Shown: positions 37,715-47,836 of the stretch, piece by piece
Numbering within the stretch: the first letter of the stretch is position 1
Layout of the letters: each line of letters opens with the position of its first letter
Assembly: GCA_045589075.1 (NCBI GenBank)
Contig: JAZNFI010000036.1
Location: 1-59,647, forward strand
Direction of reading: 5' to 3'
DNA from: Candidatus Flemingiibacterium sp.
GTDB lineage: Bacteria > Bacillota > Clostridia > Oscillospirales > CAG-272
Length of the DNA: 59,647 nt
Notes under the pieces: generated by a model
Databases searched by the model: none
The model's input: only the letters and a program-made list of their open reading frames with translations
What the model was told of the DNA's origin: nothing
Program-made: the position numbers and the translations under genes

Positions 37715-39412
37715 TTAATATGTTCTCGACATTATCATTTCTCTTGCTGTTTCCACAAGCTTGTCGGTAATATTGATGCCGCCCATAATTCGCGCCACCT
37801 CATTTACCCTGCCTTCAAAATCAAGGGGCGTTACAGAGGTTGATACCCTGCCTCCCGACTCGGATTTTGCAATAAGATAGTGATTGTCCGCCCGTGATGC
37901 TATCTGCGCCGAATGTGTAACACACAGCACCTGACCTCCACCGGATGCAGCAAGATCACGGAGCTTTATTCCTATCTTTTCGGCAGTTTTTCCCGATACG
38001 CCCGTATCTACCTCGTCAAAAATAAGCGATGCAGGTGCACCTGTCTCGGAAAGCACGCTTTTTATTGCAAGCATTATTCTTGAAAGCTCACCGCCTGATG
38101 CTATTTTTGCGAGAGGCTTCTCAGGCTCTCCCTTGTTTGTTGAAATAAGTAATTCCACATTATCAACGCCGCGCCTTGCGTATTCCGCAACACCTGATTC
38201 ACCAAATCCAACCTTGAAGCTGACGCCTGCCATATCAAGATACGACAGCTCGGAAACGATGCGTTCTTCAAGCCGTTTTGCTGCCTCTCGACGTTTTTTC
38301 GTAAGCGTTTCAGCACTTTTTTCAAGCCTCGGCATAAGCTCGTCAAGCTGTGCTTTTAGCTCGTACAGTCTGTCTTCCGACGTGACAGCAGCCTCAAGCT
38401 CATCCTGCGCCTTCTCAAGAAAAGCAAGAACCTCGGGAACCGTATCCCCGTATTTGCGTTGTATTTTCGATATTGAATCCAGTCTTGTTTCAACTCTGTC
38501 AAGCTCTGCGGTAGGGTCATCTGTGTCGGAATCCCGGAGTGCGTCAACAGTAAGCGCCACATCTTCAAGCTCCGATAAAACGCTGTCAAGCCGCGATATA
38601 AGGGAATCCACATCAGGCATGACAGGCGCAAGTGCCTCAAGTGCTCTTGATGCCTTATTTATCTTGTCCGTGGCTGACGTTCCCTTTTCATTTCTGTAAA
38701 TAAGGGAATATATCCCCTCGGAAAGCTGCATTATTTTTTCAGCATTCTGAAGTTTTCTGCGCCGGGCAAGAAGCTTTTCTTCTTCATCGGGTTTCAGCTT
38801 TAGTGCCGATATTTCGTTTATCTGATATTTGAGAAATTCTATCCTCTGCGCCTTTTCACGTTCGTTTTTGGTTAGTTCCGATATGGAACGGTTAAGCTCG
38901 CGGTACTTTTCGTATAATTGCCTGTAGGAAGCAAGCTCGTCCGACAGCCCGGCAAATTCATCAAGGTACAGTATGTGATTATCCGGGTCAAGCAAAGCCA
39001 TATTATCATGCTGACCGTGTATTCCGATAAGATTCTTCATCACATCTCTCGCGAGCGTCAACGGAACAGCCCTGCCGTTTATCCTCACAGTCGATTTCCC
39101 GCCTGACGTAAGGCTTCGTGACACCATAAAAAGTCCGTCTTCACAAACGTCAAAGCCGAGCGCCGAAAGAGCCGACACCGTATATTCGGGAAGTTCTCCG
39201 AATACAGCGGAAACCTCTGCAGACTCCTCGCCGCTTCTTATAAGCTCTTTCGACTGCTTTGCACCGCATATAAGGTTGATGCTGTCAATTATCATTGACT
39301 TACCTGCACCCGTCTCGCCTGTCAGCACACAAAAACCACTCTCAAAATCTATATCTGCTGACTTTATTACGGCAATATTTTCAATATGGAGTGATATGAG
39401 CAGCGCGCCCAC
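37715..39412 (-). CDS. recN: DNA repair protein RecN
   Basis: 565 aa with Walker A GETGAGKS, long coiled coils, signature SGGELSR and Walker B LIFDEVD. The start codon is uncertain because the GTG abuts the RBS. Confidence 0.95.
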   Translation of the reverse strand: MGALLISLHIENIAVIKSADIDFESGFCVLTGETGAGKSMIIDSINLICGAKQSKELIRSGEESAEVSAVFGELPEYTVSALSALGFDVCEDGLFMVSRSLTSGGKSTVRINGRAVPLTLARDVMKNLIGIHGQHDNMALLDPDNHILYLDEFAGLSDELASYRQLYEKYRELNRSISELTKNEREKAQRIEFLKYQINEISALKLKPDEEEKLLARRRKLQNAEKIMQLSEGIYSLIYRNEKGTSATDKINKASRALEALAPVMPDVDSLISRLDSVLSELEDVALTVDALRDSDTDDPTAELDRVETRLDSISKIQRKYGDTVPEVLAFLEKAQDELEAAVTSEDRLYELKAQLDELMPRLEKSAETLTKKRREAAKRLEERIVSELSYLDMAGVSFKVGFGESGVAEYARRGVDNVELLISTNKGEPEKPLAKIASGGELSRIMLAIKSVLSETGAPASLIFDEVDTGVSGKTAEKIGIKLRDLAASGGGQVLCVTHSAQIASRADNHYLIAKSESGGRVSTSVTPLDFEGRVNEVARIMGGINITDKLVETAREMIMSRTY

Positions 39413-39436
39413 CTCCTTTAATTGCTTATTCCTTGT

Positions 39437-39892
39437 TTATTTCTTTCCCACTATTTTTTTAAGTTCTTCGCAAAGGGACTGTGCAGCTTCGTTGGAGCGC
39501 ATAACGATAATAACGGTATCATCACCCGCAACGCTTCCCACGATGTCCCGACGTCCCATTGAATCGATGGAGGCAGCCGCGCCCTGTGCCATGCCGGCAA
39601 TTGTTTTTACCACCGCTATATTGTTTGCTCGGTCGATAACCTCAACAGCTCCAATAAGAAGATTCTTAAATTTGTCCGATATTACGCCCTCCTCGGATTT
39701 AGGGAGAGAATAATAATATTTGCCGCCTGCTCCTGCAATTTTTATAAGCTTGAGCTCTCTTATATCACGGGAAATGGTAGCCTGTGTTACCATGAATCCA
39801 CGCTCACGCAGGCACTCTGAAAGCTCCTCCTGGGTCTCTATAAGATTCTCGCCTATAAGTGAAACTATCTCTTCATGTCGACTGTATTTCAT
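39437..39892 (-). CDS. argR: arginine repressor
   Basis: 151 aa with an N-terminal winged helix (VTQATISRDIRELKL) and the C-terminal oligomerisation motif GSVAGDDTVIIV. Confidence 0.94.
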   Translation of the reverse strand: MKYSRHEEIVSLIGENLIETQEELSECLRERGFMVTQATISRDIRELKLIKIAGAGGKYYYSLPKSEEGVISDKFKNLLIGAVEVIDRANNIAVVKTIAGMAQGAAASIDSMGRRDIVGSVAGDDTVIIVMRSNEAAQSLCEELKKIVGKK

Positions 39893-39933
39893 GTGTACCT
39901 CATTTCGTTATTATGTGTATGGCATCCATAATA

Positions 39934-40791
39934 TTATTTGTCCGCCATTTTTTTGTTAAGTACTTCGTAAAATCCGCCATCCTTCAGCCTTATAAACTTG
40001 ATTGTTTCATCGGAACGTTCAATAATTACCTCTCTGCCATATGGAAGCCGTCGCATCTCACCACCGTCCACACTTAAGTAAAGCTCATCCTCTCTTAATG
40101 TCACATTTTTGATACAAAGACGTGAACCAGCCGAAAATATAAGCGGTGTGGCGTTCAATGAATGAGAGCAGATAGGTGTCACGATGACTGCTTCCATTCT
40201 GGGGTCTACAACAGCCCCACCCGCCGACATTGAATAAGCAGTTGAACCGGTGGGTGTGGAAGCTATAAGTCCGTCTGCCCGATATTTGTTCACAAGATTT
40301 CCGTCACAGTAGAGCTCCAACTCCACCATACGAAAAATTGATGCACCGCCTATAACCGCCTCATTGAGTGCGAATAATCGCTCGTCATCCACAACAACCT
40401 CAATAAGCATACGGTTCTCCACGGAATAATCCTCTGTAAACAGCTTTTCAAGTCCGGCAAGCTCGTTAAGCTCCAGCTCTGTCATGTATCCGATATGTCC
40501 GAGATTTATTCCGAGAATACAAATATCGTTAGATTTGCATCTGCGAGCCGCTCTTAATATGGTTCCATCGCCGCCAAGAACTATAAGTATCTCGGGCTGT
40601 GAAAACAGTTCGTTCTCCGATACTGCCCTGACACCAACTGCTGCAGTATTCCCAAGAGAAGGCATAAGCTTCTCGTACAGGCTGTCACAAACAAGCAACT
40701 CCGCCCTTCCCGAAAGGATATTAATGACCCTCATAGTGCCAAGCAGATCCCTATCATTCTCGATATTCGGGAAAATTCCGATGGTTTTCAT
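39934..40791 (-). CDS. nadK: NAD(+) kinase
   Basis: 285 aa with the VLGGDGTILRAAR motif and TPTGSTAYSMSAGG. Confidence 0.95.
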   Translation of the reverse strand: MKTIGIFPNIENDRDLLGTMRVINILSGRAELLVCDSLYEKLMPSLGNTAAVGVRAVSENELFSQPEILIVLGGDGTILRAARRCKSNDICILGINLGHIGYMTELELNELAGLEKLFTEDYSVENRMLIEVVVDDERLFALNEAVIGGASIFRMVELELYCDGNLVNKYRADGLIASTPTGSTAYSMSAGGAVVDPRMEAVIVTPICSHSLNATPLIFSAGSRLCIKNVTLREDELYLSVDGGEMRRLPYGREVIIERSDETIKFIRLKDGGFYEVLNKKMADK

Positions 40792-40814
40792 AAAACAATT
40801 ACCTCTTTGTTCGA

Positions 40815-41594
40815 TTAACTGTCAAATACTATTCTTTTGATTTCTGCGTCGGTGGGGACGTCAACCTTGTCCTTCGACTCAAAAAGAGCAAGGTATTCAC
40901 GATTCCCGTCACCGCCAGGTATGGGTGAAGCACAAAGAGCCGCGGGGTAAAATCCAACATCCTCTGCCGCCGTGAAAATCTTTTTTATAACATTCGTATG
41001 AACATTTCTGTCCCTGACAATGCCGCCTTTCCCAATATTCCCCCGTCCCGCCTCAAATTGAGGCTTTATAAGACAAACAAAGCGACCTCCGTCTTCAACA
41101 AGCCCTCTTACAGCACCGAGAATGAGAGTAAGAGAAATAAACGAAACATCACACACCGCAAGTTCGCATTTTCCGCCTATATCCTGCGGAAGAACGTATC
41201 TTGCATTGATACCCTCAAAGGACTTAACCCTTGGGTCAGCTTCAAGAGACTTATCAAGCTGAGCTCTGCCCACATCAAGCGCCCGTACTGAAGCGGCTCC
41301 GTTTTTCAGAAGACAATCGGTAAACCCACCCGTAGACGCGCCGATGTCAACGCAGTCAAGCCCCGAAACGTCAAGGTTAAAAGCATCAAGTGCCCTCTCA
41401 AGCTTAAGTCCGCCGCGGCTCACAAAGGGGAGTACTTCCCCCACTATCTGCAAACAAGCATCCTCCGAAATTTCAAGCGATGGCTTGGTGACAGCTTTAC
41501 CGTCAGCCAAAACAGCTCCTCCACGAATCATCTGCTGCGCCGCCTCACGGCTTCTGGCAAGCCCCCTTAAATGTAAAAGTTTATCTGCACGCAT
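40815..41594 (-). CDS. tlyA: TlyA-family rRNA (cytidine-2'-O)-methyltransferase
   Basis: S4 domain MRADKLL..GLARSREAAQQMI, FVSRGGLKLE and the SAM motif DIGASTGGFTD. I take the start at 41594 (family N-terminus). The ORF extends to 41642. Confidence 0.9.
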   Translation of the reverse strand: MRADKLLHLRGLARSREAAQQMIRGGAVLADGKAVTKPSLEISEDACLQIVGEVLPFVSRGGLKLERALDAFNLDVSGLDCVDIGASTGGFTDCLLKNGAASVRALDVGRAQLDKSLEADPRVKSFEGINARYVLPQDIGGKCELAVCDVSFISLTLILGAVRGLVEDGGRFVCLIKPQFEAGRGNIGKGGIVRDRNVHTNVIKKIFTAAEDVGFYPAALCASPIPGGDGNREYLALFESKDKVDVPTDAEIKRIVFDS

Positions 41595-41595
41595 A

Positions 41596-42060
41596 TCAGA
41601 ACACAGGAATGATAATGGGTATGACGGTGCCAAAAAGCGCACCCATTAAGACCTGAAGGGGCGTATGGCCAATTAACTCCTTAAGCCGTTTATCAATATA
41701 CTTTGTATCACCATTCTGGATGTCTTCAACTATTCTGTTAAGCACCTTCGCCTGCTCACCTGCAGCACGTCTCACGCCTGCGGCATCATACATAACTATA
41801 AACGCCAGAATAAATGCAACCGCGAACATTGTCGAGCGCGTTCCCTCCAATTTAGCAGCAGCGGCAACCATCGCGCATACAGTCGCAGAATGTGAGCTTG
41901 GCATACCGCCCGATGACACAAGTACAGAAAAGCTGAACTTTCTGTTTTTAACGACATAGCGCACGCATTTTATAAACTGCGCGCCAAACCAACCTATAAA
42001 AGCACATACCAGAATGTAATTTGTGAAAAAGCCCTTCACAAGTTCAAAAAAATTATTCAT
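41596..42060 (-). CDS. divergent PAP2 (DUF212, YuiD-like) membrane protein
   Basis: 154 aa with SSGGMPSSHSATV and YDAAGVRR motifs. Confidence 0.85.
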   Translation of the reverse strand: MNNFFELVKGFFTNYILVCAFIGWFGAQFIKCVRYVVKNRKFSFSVLVSSGGMPSSHSATVCAMVAAAAKLEGTRSTMFAVAFILAFIVMYDAAGVRRAAGEQAKVLNRIVEDIQNGDTKYIDKRLKELIGHTPLQVLMGALFGTVIPIIIPVF

Positions 42061-42076
42061 TTTGTATCCTCAAAAG

Positions 42077-42985
42077 TTATTTGTTTCTGAAAAGCAGCCA
42101 ATCTGCAAGCGCAAGGAGCACCCCAGAGCCTTCATAATCGGCAATCTGTCCCTTCGCGTCTTCTGTTAAAAACTTTGCATACTCCTTCGCCTTATCTACA
42201 GTCATATGAGAAAGGAACGTAGTCTTACCGCTCTCCTTGTCACTTCCGATAGGCTTTCCGAATACGCTCACGTCACCAACAGCATCAAGTACATCGTCAA
42301 TGACCTGAAAAGCTCGTCCGATTCCCATAGCATAACGCTCGGCTGCCGCCATAAGCTCACCCGATGCACCCCCGGCGAGACAGCCAAGAAGTGCCGCACA
42401 CCTGATAAGCTCGCCCGTTTTAAGCGACTGCACGTTTTCAAGGGTGTCAAGAGAATAGCTTTCATTCTCACCTATAAGATCAAGCACCTGACCGCCTATC
42501 ATGCCGTCAGCGCCTGCACAGTCGGAAAGCAGGGTTATTGCCTGTACCGTCACATTAGGAGAGGTATTTGACATAGCGGCAACCCCAAAAGCACGGGTCA
42601 GAAGTCCGTCGCCGGCGAGAAGTGCGTTTGCCTCTCCGTAAACCTTATGACTCGTTGGCTTTCCCCGACGAAGATCGTCATTGTCCATACAGGGAAGGTC
42701 ATCATGGATAAGCGAATAGGTGTGAACCATCTCAACAGCGCAGGCAAAGGGAATCGCCTGAGTCATAGCCTCGTCGGGATCCATCCCGGATTCCTTCGCT
42801 GCAAGGCAGGCAAACTCAAATGTGAGGAACGGACGCAGTCTTTTGCCCCCCGCCATAAGACTGTACCGCATAGCATCATGTATGATGCTATGCTTTGCAT
42901 CGGACGGAGGTATAAAATGCCCCAGTGCGGCTTCTGTAAGTGTGGCACAGGATGCAAGCACCTCGTCAATATTTATTTGGCTCAT
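42077..42985 (-). CDS. ispA: polyprenyl (farnesyl/geranylgeranyl) diphosphate synthase
   Basis: 302 aa with the first Asp-rich motif LIHDDLPCMDNDDLRRGKP and the second QVIDDVLD. Confidence 0.94.
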   Translation of the reverse strand: MSQINIDEVLASCATLTEAALGHFIPPSDAKHSIIHDAMRYSLMAGGKRLRPFLTFEFACLAAKESGMDPDEAMTQAIPFACAVEMVHTYSLIHDDLPCMDNDDLRRGKPTSHKVYGEANALLAGDGLLTRAFGVAAMSNTSPNVTVQAITLLSDCAGADGMIGGQVLDLIGENESYSLDTLENVQSLKTGELIRCAALLGCLAGGASGELMAAAERYAMGIGRAFQVIDDVLDAVGDVSVFGKPIGSDKESGKTTFLSHMTVDKAKEYAKFLTEDAKGQIADYEGSGVLLALADWLLFRNK

Positions 42986-43230
42986 TTTGCTGTTTCCTCC
43001 TGCATCGGTGCAAAGTCGCGAAGCTCTGCTTCGCCGTTCTCGCCCTTTACAAGTATCTTTACCTTCTGTTCCGCAGAATCAAGCTTTTCTGAGCACAGCT
43101 TCACCAGGTGAACGCCCTCCTCGAAAAGTGCCAACGATTCGTCAAGCGGAGCCGAACCGCTGTCAAGCGCCTTGACTATCTGCTCAAGACGGGCAAGAGC
43201 CTCTTCGAATTTCATATCTTTCTGTTTCAT
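42982..43230 (-). CDS. xseB: exodeoxyribonuclease VII small subunit
   Basis: FEEALARLEQIVKALDSGSAPLDESLALFEEG. The ATG at 43230 follows GGGAGAA. The ORF extends to 43242. Confidence 0.9.
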   Translation of the reverse strand: MKQKDMKFEEALARLEQIVKALDSGSAPLDESLALFEEGVHLVKLCSEKLDSAEQKVKILVKGENGEAELRDFAPMQEETAK

Positions 43231-43262
43231 AACTTCTCCCATTGTATTACTTCGCGTTTATA

Positions 43263-44555
43263 TCAATTCAATTTGGGCGTAACCTCTTCTGCCCGTCCCT
43301 TTACTGCACCGTCTGTGGTGCGGAAGGTAAAGCTGTCGCCCGGATTTATCTGTTTTATGCTTTTTATAAGCTTCCCGTCCTCACCGAACACCGCCGAATA
43401 TCCTCTCGATATTACTGACATGGGATTAAGCACTTCGAGTGAGGCTGTAAGCTTGGTGAAGTCTCCTCTTTTTACCGTCAGTAATAATTTCATGTCCTGT
43501 GTAAGCCTTGAATCTAGAGCCAAAACCGCCATACGCCTGTCATCTATAAAATTCTTGGGTGAGACCATGGAGCGGCTTTCTTTGAGTCGGGACAACTCAC
43601 GGCGTTTTTCTGACACTGATTTTGATAGGGAAAGCTCCATGTGGGAAATCACGTTGTTAACCTTACGCTTAAGCTCAGCCGTATCGGGAACGGCTATCTC
43701 TGCCGCTGCAGACGGGGTAGGAGCCCGCATATCCGCCGCAAAGTCGCATATTGTAAAGTCAGTTTCGTGTCCGACAGCTGATATAACAGGAATCGGGCTT
43801 GTCGCAACCGTCCTTGCAAGCAGCTCGTCGTTAAATGCCCACAAATCCTCAATGGAACCGCCGCCCCGTCCGATAATTATCACATCAACGCTCTTTTCGG
43901 CGTTGAAATAATTCACGCCGGAAATAAGCTGGGGCGCGGCATCCGCACCCTGTACGAGGGACGGATATATAATGAGTTCTGCATAGGGAAAGCGGCGCCT
44001 GGTTATATTTATCATATCTCTGACCGCGGCGCCCGTGGGTGAAGTAACAATACCCACCTTTGCAGGTATCTTTGGAATGGGACGCTTTCTCGCAGGAGAG
44101 AATAAGCCTTCGGCCTCAAGCTTACGCTTGAGCTGCTCGTAGGCGATATAAAGGCTACCCACACCATCCGGCTCCATTTCCTCGGCGTATATCTGATACT
44201 GACCGCTCTTTACATACGCGGACACCCTTCCTCTTACTATGACCTTCATGCCGTTCTCCGGCATAAATTTCAACCTTGAGACGGCACCCTTAAACATTAC
44301 CGCATTTATGAGAGAATCAGGGTCCTTCAAAGAAAAGTAAAAGTGCCCCGTCTTATAGTGGTTGGTGAAGTTGGATATTTCACCCTTAATGCAGACGTTA
44401 ATAAGAAGTTTGTCTGAGTCAATAATCTGCTTAATATAGGCGTTGAGCTGTGCTACGGTCATAACGGCACGGTTTGCTCCCGATGCCTCCCTGGCAGCAT
44501 TCAAAGCAGAAAGAACTTCTTCTGTACTTTTTATTTGTTGTGCCAAAAGCCCCAT
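43263..44555 (-). CDS. xseA: exodeoxyribonuclease VII large subunit
   Basis: OB-fold N-terminus (TVAQLNAYIKQII..IKGEISNF) and the IIGRGGGSIEDLWAFN motif. The start is ambiguous among 44576, 44555 (GGAGGAAGG upstream) and 44462. Confidence 0.92.
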   Translation of the reverse strand: MGLLAQQIKSTEEVLSALNAAREASGANRAVMTVAQLNAYIKQIIDSDKLLINVCIKGEISNFTNHYKTGHFYFSLKDPDSLINAVMFKGAVSRLKFMPENGMKVIVRGRVSAYVKSGQYQIYAEEMEPDGVGSLYIAYEQLKRKLEAEGLFSPARKRPIPKIPAKVGIVTSPTGAAVRDMINITRRRFPYAELIIYPSLVQGADAAPQLISGVNYFNAEKSVDVIIIGRGGGSIEDLWAFNDELLARTVATSPIPVISAVGHETDFTICDFAADMRAPTPSAAAEIAVPDTAELKRKVNNVISHMELSLSKSVSEKRRELSRLKESRSMVSPKNFIDDRRMAVLALDSRLTQDMKLLLTVKRGDFTKLTASLEVLNPMSVISRGYSAVFGEDGKLIKSIKQINPGDSFTFRTTDGAVKGRAEEVTPKLN

Positions 44556-45496
44556 CCTTCCTCCGCAGCAGCACACAGAAGTGCCGTACCGGCGGCGTTG
44601 TCACTCGAAAACTCCGGAGAAGCAAATCTTGCATCGAAGCCGTGTTTTTTTAACTCACTCTTAATACGGGCGTTGGACATTACTCCGCCCGCGTACACAA
44701 CAGGCAAGCTTCTGTCTCCAAGGGCGTTTTTCGTAAGCTCTACAAGGGTTCGCCCTATAAAGTCAAGCACAAATGCTGCCGTATATTCGGCGCATCTGCC
44801 CTCTGCTATAAGCTTTTTCGCCATATTCTCAAGCCCTGACAAATTGCATTCACATCCCTTAACCGAAAGCTTCGGCTTTGGGAGCGGCTCGGTATTTCGG
44901 GCAGCGAGCATTTCAAGCTCCGGCCCGCAGGGAAAACTCAGTCCCATCATAACGCCTACTCTGTCCACTGCCTGTCCGGCACTGATGTCCAGAGTTCCGC
45001 CCAGTTTTTCTATACGGAAGCCCGTATTATCAGGAGTTACCATCAGCAGCTCAGTAGTACCGCCCGAAACATGGAATGCTATGTGCGGATTTATTAAAAG
45101 GTCGCGGGACCCGCTTGAATATATCGCCGCAATAATGTGTCCCGATTGATGGGAAAAACGGTGGAGAGGCTTTTTAACAGCATTTGCAAGGGTTGATGCA
45201 GCCGCCTCACCCGCAAGAAAACAGGGCATATACGACCCCTCTGCATCTCTCGGCGACACAGATACACCAATAGCCAAAAGGTTTTCAGAATCCATATCAC
45301 AAAGCGCCTCGCCTGTTACCACGGGGAGGTTTTTTACATGAGCGAATACCGCGTCGCTTTGTCTTAATCCCCGCTCGCCCGGCTTTACCTCGAGAAGGCA
45401 TTTGACGTTCGAATAAAACTTACCCTCACAGGCTTCGTAAAGGGCGCAGGAGGTGGTGTAGTTTGAGGTATCAATACCGATGTAAAATCGCTTCAT
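44531..45496 (-). CDS. Kae1/TsaD-like (peptidase M22 / glycoprotease family) ASKHA protein
   Basis: MKRFYIGIDTSNYTTS, an HQSGH (HxxxH) metal motif, and VSGGTTEL. The ATG at 45496 overlaps the nusB stop as ATGA. Confidence 0.85.
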   Translation of the reverse strand: MKRFYIGIDTSNYTTSCALYEACEGKFYSNVKCLLEVKPGERGLRQSDAVFAHVKNLPVVTGEALCDMDSENLLAIGVSVSPRDAEGSYMPCFLAGEAAASTLANAVKKPLHRFSHQSGHIIAAIYSSGSRDLLINPHIAFHVSGGTTELLMVTPDNTGFRIEKLGGTLDISAGQAVDRVGVMMGLSFPCGPELEMLAARNTEPLPKPKLSVKGCECNLSGLENMAKKLIAEGRCAEYTAAFVLDFIGRTLVELTKNALGDRSLPVVYAGGVMSNARIKSELKKHGFDARFASPEFSSDNAAGTALLCAAAEEGWGFWHNK

Positions 45497-45948
45497 TTGT
45501 CGGCGTCGCACTCACGGTCCGGCAACTGCTTGGATATGGAGTTAAGCACGCCGTTTATATACGCGGGAGCATTGTCGTCGTCATACTTTTTCGCAAGCTC
45601 TACAGCCTCGTTAAGAGACACTCTCTTCGGTACATCATGAACAGCAAGCATTTCGTACACTGAAAGGCGCATAATGGCAAGTGTTGTCTTTGCAAGACGC
45701 GAAAGATTCCAGCCGTTTGCGGCTTCGGAAATATAGCTGTCAATTTCCTGAAGCCTGTCCTCTACACCGAAAAACACGTTGTACACATATTCTATCTGAT
45801 CCCCAAATTCTATTTTTGCGTTTTCGAGCTCCCCTTTATAGAACTCATCTGCAGGCTCATCGGGCACAAAGGATTTCGCGAAAAGCAGAGCGAAAACGTA
45901 CTCACGTGCCGAGGAACGGGTTATCGGCTGTTTAATGATCTCATCCAT
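45493..45948 (-). CDS. nusB: transcription antitermination factor NusB
   Basis: 151 aa with the pattern AREYVFALLF...LSRLAKTTLAIMRLSVYEML...INGVL. Confidence 0.93.
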   Translation of the reverse strand: MDEIIKQPITRSSAREYVFALLFAKSFVPDEPADEFYKGELENAKIEFGDQIEYVYNVFFGVEDRLQEIDSYISEAANGWNLSRLAKTTLAIMRLSVYEMLAVHDVPKRVSLNEAVELAKKYDDDNAPAYINGVLNSISKQLPDRECDADK

Positions 45949-46264
45949 AAGGTGACCTCTTTTCTTGTTGCGAGTGTTTTTAAGAAATACCGATTAGGTA
46001 TAATAGTTATATATTAGGAGTATATATATTTATTATACAATTTCCAAGTGCAAAAGTCAATCATTAAACGCAAATTTCCCTTCTCAAATACATAACTTTT
46101 TACTGTTTTTTATTTGATACGTCCCAAGTTTACAAAAATTACCCAAAATGTTATGAAAGCTTTACGGTTTTATAAATATTTTTATCTTGAGGTTGAAAAA
46201 AACGCAAACTCATGTTATCATGTTATTATGTATGTACCATCAAAATTAAAAAGAGGAACCGATA

Positions 46265-46723
46265 ATGAAGATCCTTAATGAAATCAAAAAAACGCTGTGC
46301 TCCGCTTGTGTATATTTTACGGCAGCAGAATTTGTAATACTCACCATAGCAGAAATATTTTCTCTTACCGCACCCACCGACGGCGGAAGCATAAAAATGT
46401 TTTTAAGTCTCGGAAGCACGGCACTCATTTTTCTCACCTGTCTCTTTATGTCCGCGCTGAATCTCGTGTGGCGTCTTCGGATGTCTCTCACGCTTCGCAC
46501 ATTGCTTCACTTTGTTGGAACGCTTCTTGCGTGGACGCTTGTATTCATAGTCATCCCTGGAGTCTACACGGATACCACCCGGATTATTGCCCGTGTTGGA
46601 ATATTTCTTGTGCTTTACGTCTTTATCGGGCTTATTGCTCTTGCGGCATACTTGATTAATGCCCGCAGAACCAATGACAAAACCGAATATTCGCCTGCCT
46701 TCAAGGGTGACAGCAGCAAATAA
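46265..46723 (+). CDS. hypothetical 4-TM membrane protein
   Basis: 152 aa with RBS aagagga. No family recognised. Confidence 0.7.
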   Translation: MKILNEIKKTLCSACVYFTAAEFVILTIAEIFSLTAPTDGGSIKMFLSLGSTALIFLTCLFMSALNLVWRLRMSLTLRTLLHFVGTLLAWTLVFIVIPGVYTDTTRIIARVGIFLVLYVFIGLIALAAYLINARRTNDKTEYSPAFKGDSSK

Positions 46724-46733
46724 GGAGTTGAAC

Positions 46734-47792
46734 ATGGATAAAAAAACAAGCTGTGAATGCTCTGTTTACAAGATAACAGCCCTGTTTATATTCGTAATTC
46801 TCGTCATTTTTATCGTACTCATTACTGTTTCAACCGTACTATCGAAAAACGATGTCGTTGATGTCGATTTTCCGCCCCAAGAAGCAGGGGAAAGCGCTCA
46901 TGAAAATGATCTTTCCGAGCCTGTCGACTCATCTTATGTTGCCGGCATACCCGAGACGTCAAACCCGGCTGCGATTATCGGCTCACCCTCAGTTACAGAT
47001 ACTTCAACGCTCATTAAAGCCCCCGACACCATAAGTGACACACAGTCCACCGAAACTTTAGAAACCGCTCCTCTCGCCCCGATTCCCGGCAAAGACTCCC
47101 AAGAGTCTGTCACCCCGCCCTCAAACAACATTCCGGAGGAGCTTTCCGCTTTTCTTAGTGAGTACCCCGACACAGTTCTTACCGTGACAAAGGATGCAGG
47201 CAAGGAATATATCGACAAGCTTACATTTCTTGGCGACTCCACAACCTACGGGCTGCGCTTTTACGAAATGCTTGAAGGGGGAAAAGAAACCCTACAGGTA
47301 TGGACACCGAAAAGCGGCACTCTGACCCTGACAAATGCATCCTTTGCAACTGTGCTTTATCCCGAGACGGGCGATCCGATTACCATTAAAGAGGCTGTCC
47401 TTCAAAAGAAACCTGAGTATCTTGTTATAACCCTCGGTGTCAACGGTATTTCATTTATGTCTGAAGATTACTTTAAGTCGGAATATAAAAAGATTATTGA
47501 AAGTGTTAAGGAAGCAAGTCCCGACACAAAGATAATATGTCAGTCAATGTTTCCCGTGGCAAGAACATACAAAAAGCTCGAATCCATCAACAATGAAAAA
47601 ATCCGCGAGGGTAACCGCTGGATAGTAGAGGTCGCAGCGGAGACGGGCGTAAAATTTATAGATACTTACTCTGCTCTCGCTGACTCCGAAGGCTGGCTCC
47701 CCGAGAACTATCACAACGGAGACGGTATGCATCTTTGCGCTGAATCCTTCACCATAGAGCTTAATAATCTGCGTACCCATGCCTATGAGTAA
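46734..47792 (+). CDS. membrane-anchored SGNH/GDSL hydrolase family protein
   Basis: Start MDKKTSCECSVYK follows AAGGAG. One TM segment, a Ser/Thr/Pro-rich linker, then FLGDSTTYG (block I), GVNG (block II) and GDGMHL (block V). Confidence 0.87.
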   Translation: MDKKTSCECSVYKITALFIFVILVIFIVLITVSTVLSKNDVVDVDFPPQEAGESAHENDLSEPVDSSYVAGIPETSNPAAIIGSPSVTDTSTLIKAPDTISDTQSTETLETAPLAPIPGKDSQESVTPPSNNIPEELSAFLSEYPDTVLTVTKDAGKEYIDKLTFLGDSTTYGLRFYEMLEGGKETLQVWTPKSGTLTLTNASFATVLYPETGDPITIKEAVLQKKPEYLVITLGVNGISFMSEDYFKSEYKKIIESVKEASPDTKIICQSMFPVARTYKKLESINNEKIREGNRWIVEVAAETGVKFIDTYSALADSEGWLPENYHNGDGMHLCAESFTIELNNLRTHAYE

Positions 47793-47836
47793 TATTCGGT
47801 ATCCTAAACAATAGCTTCTGAAAGGAATGATTAAAT

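Noticed and set aside
46212-46233. Triple near-repeat ATGTTAT-c-ATGTTAT-t-ATGTAT about 30 bp upstream of the membrane protein gene at 46265
   Set aside because: It is very short and lies in a 316-bp AT-rich promoter region where such strings arise easily. It may simply overlap the -10 element, and there is not enough signal to call an operator.
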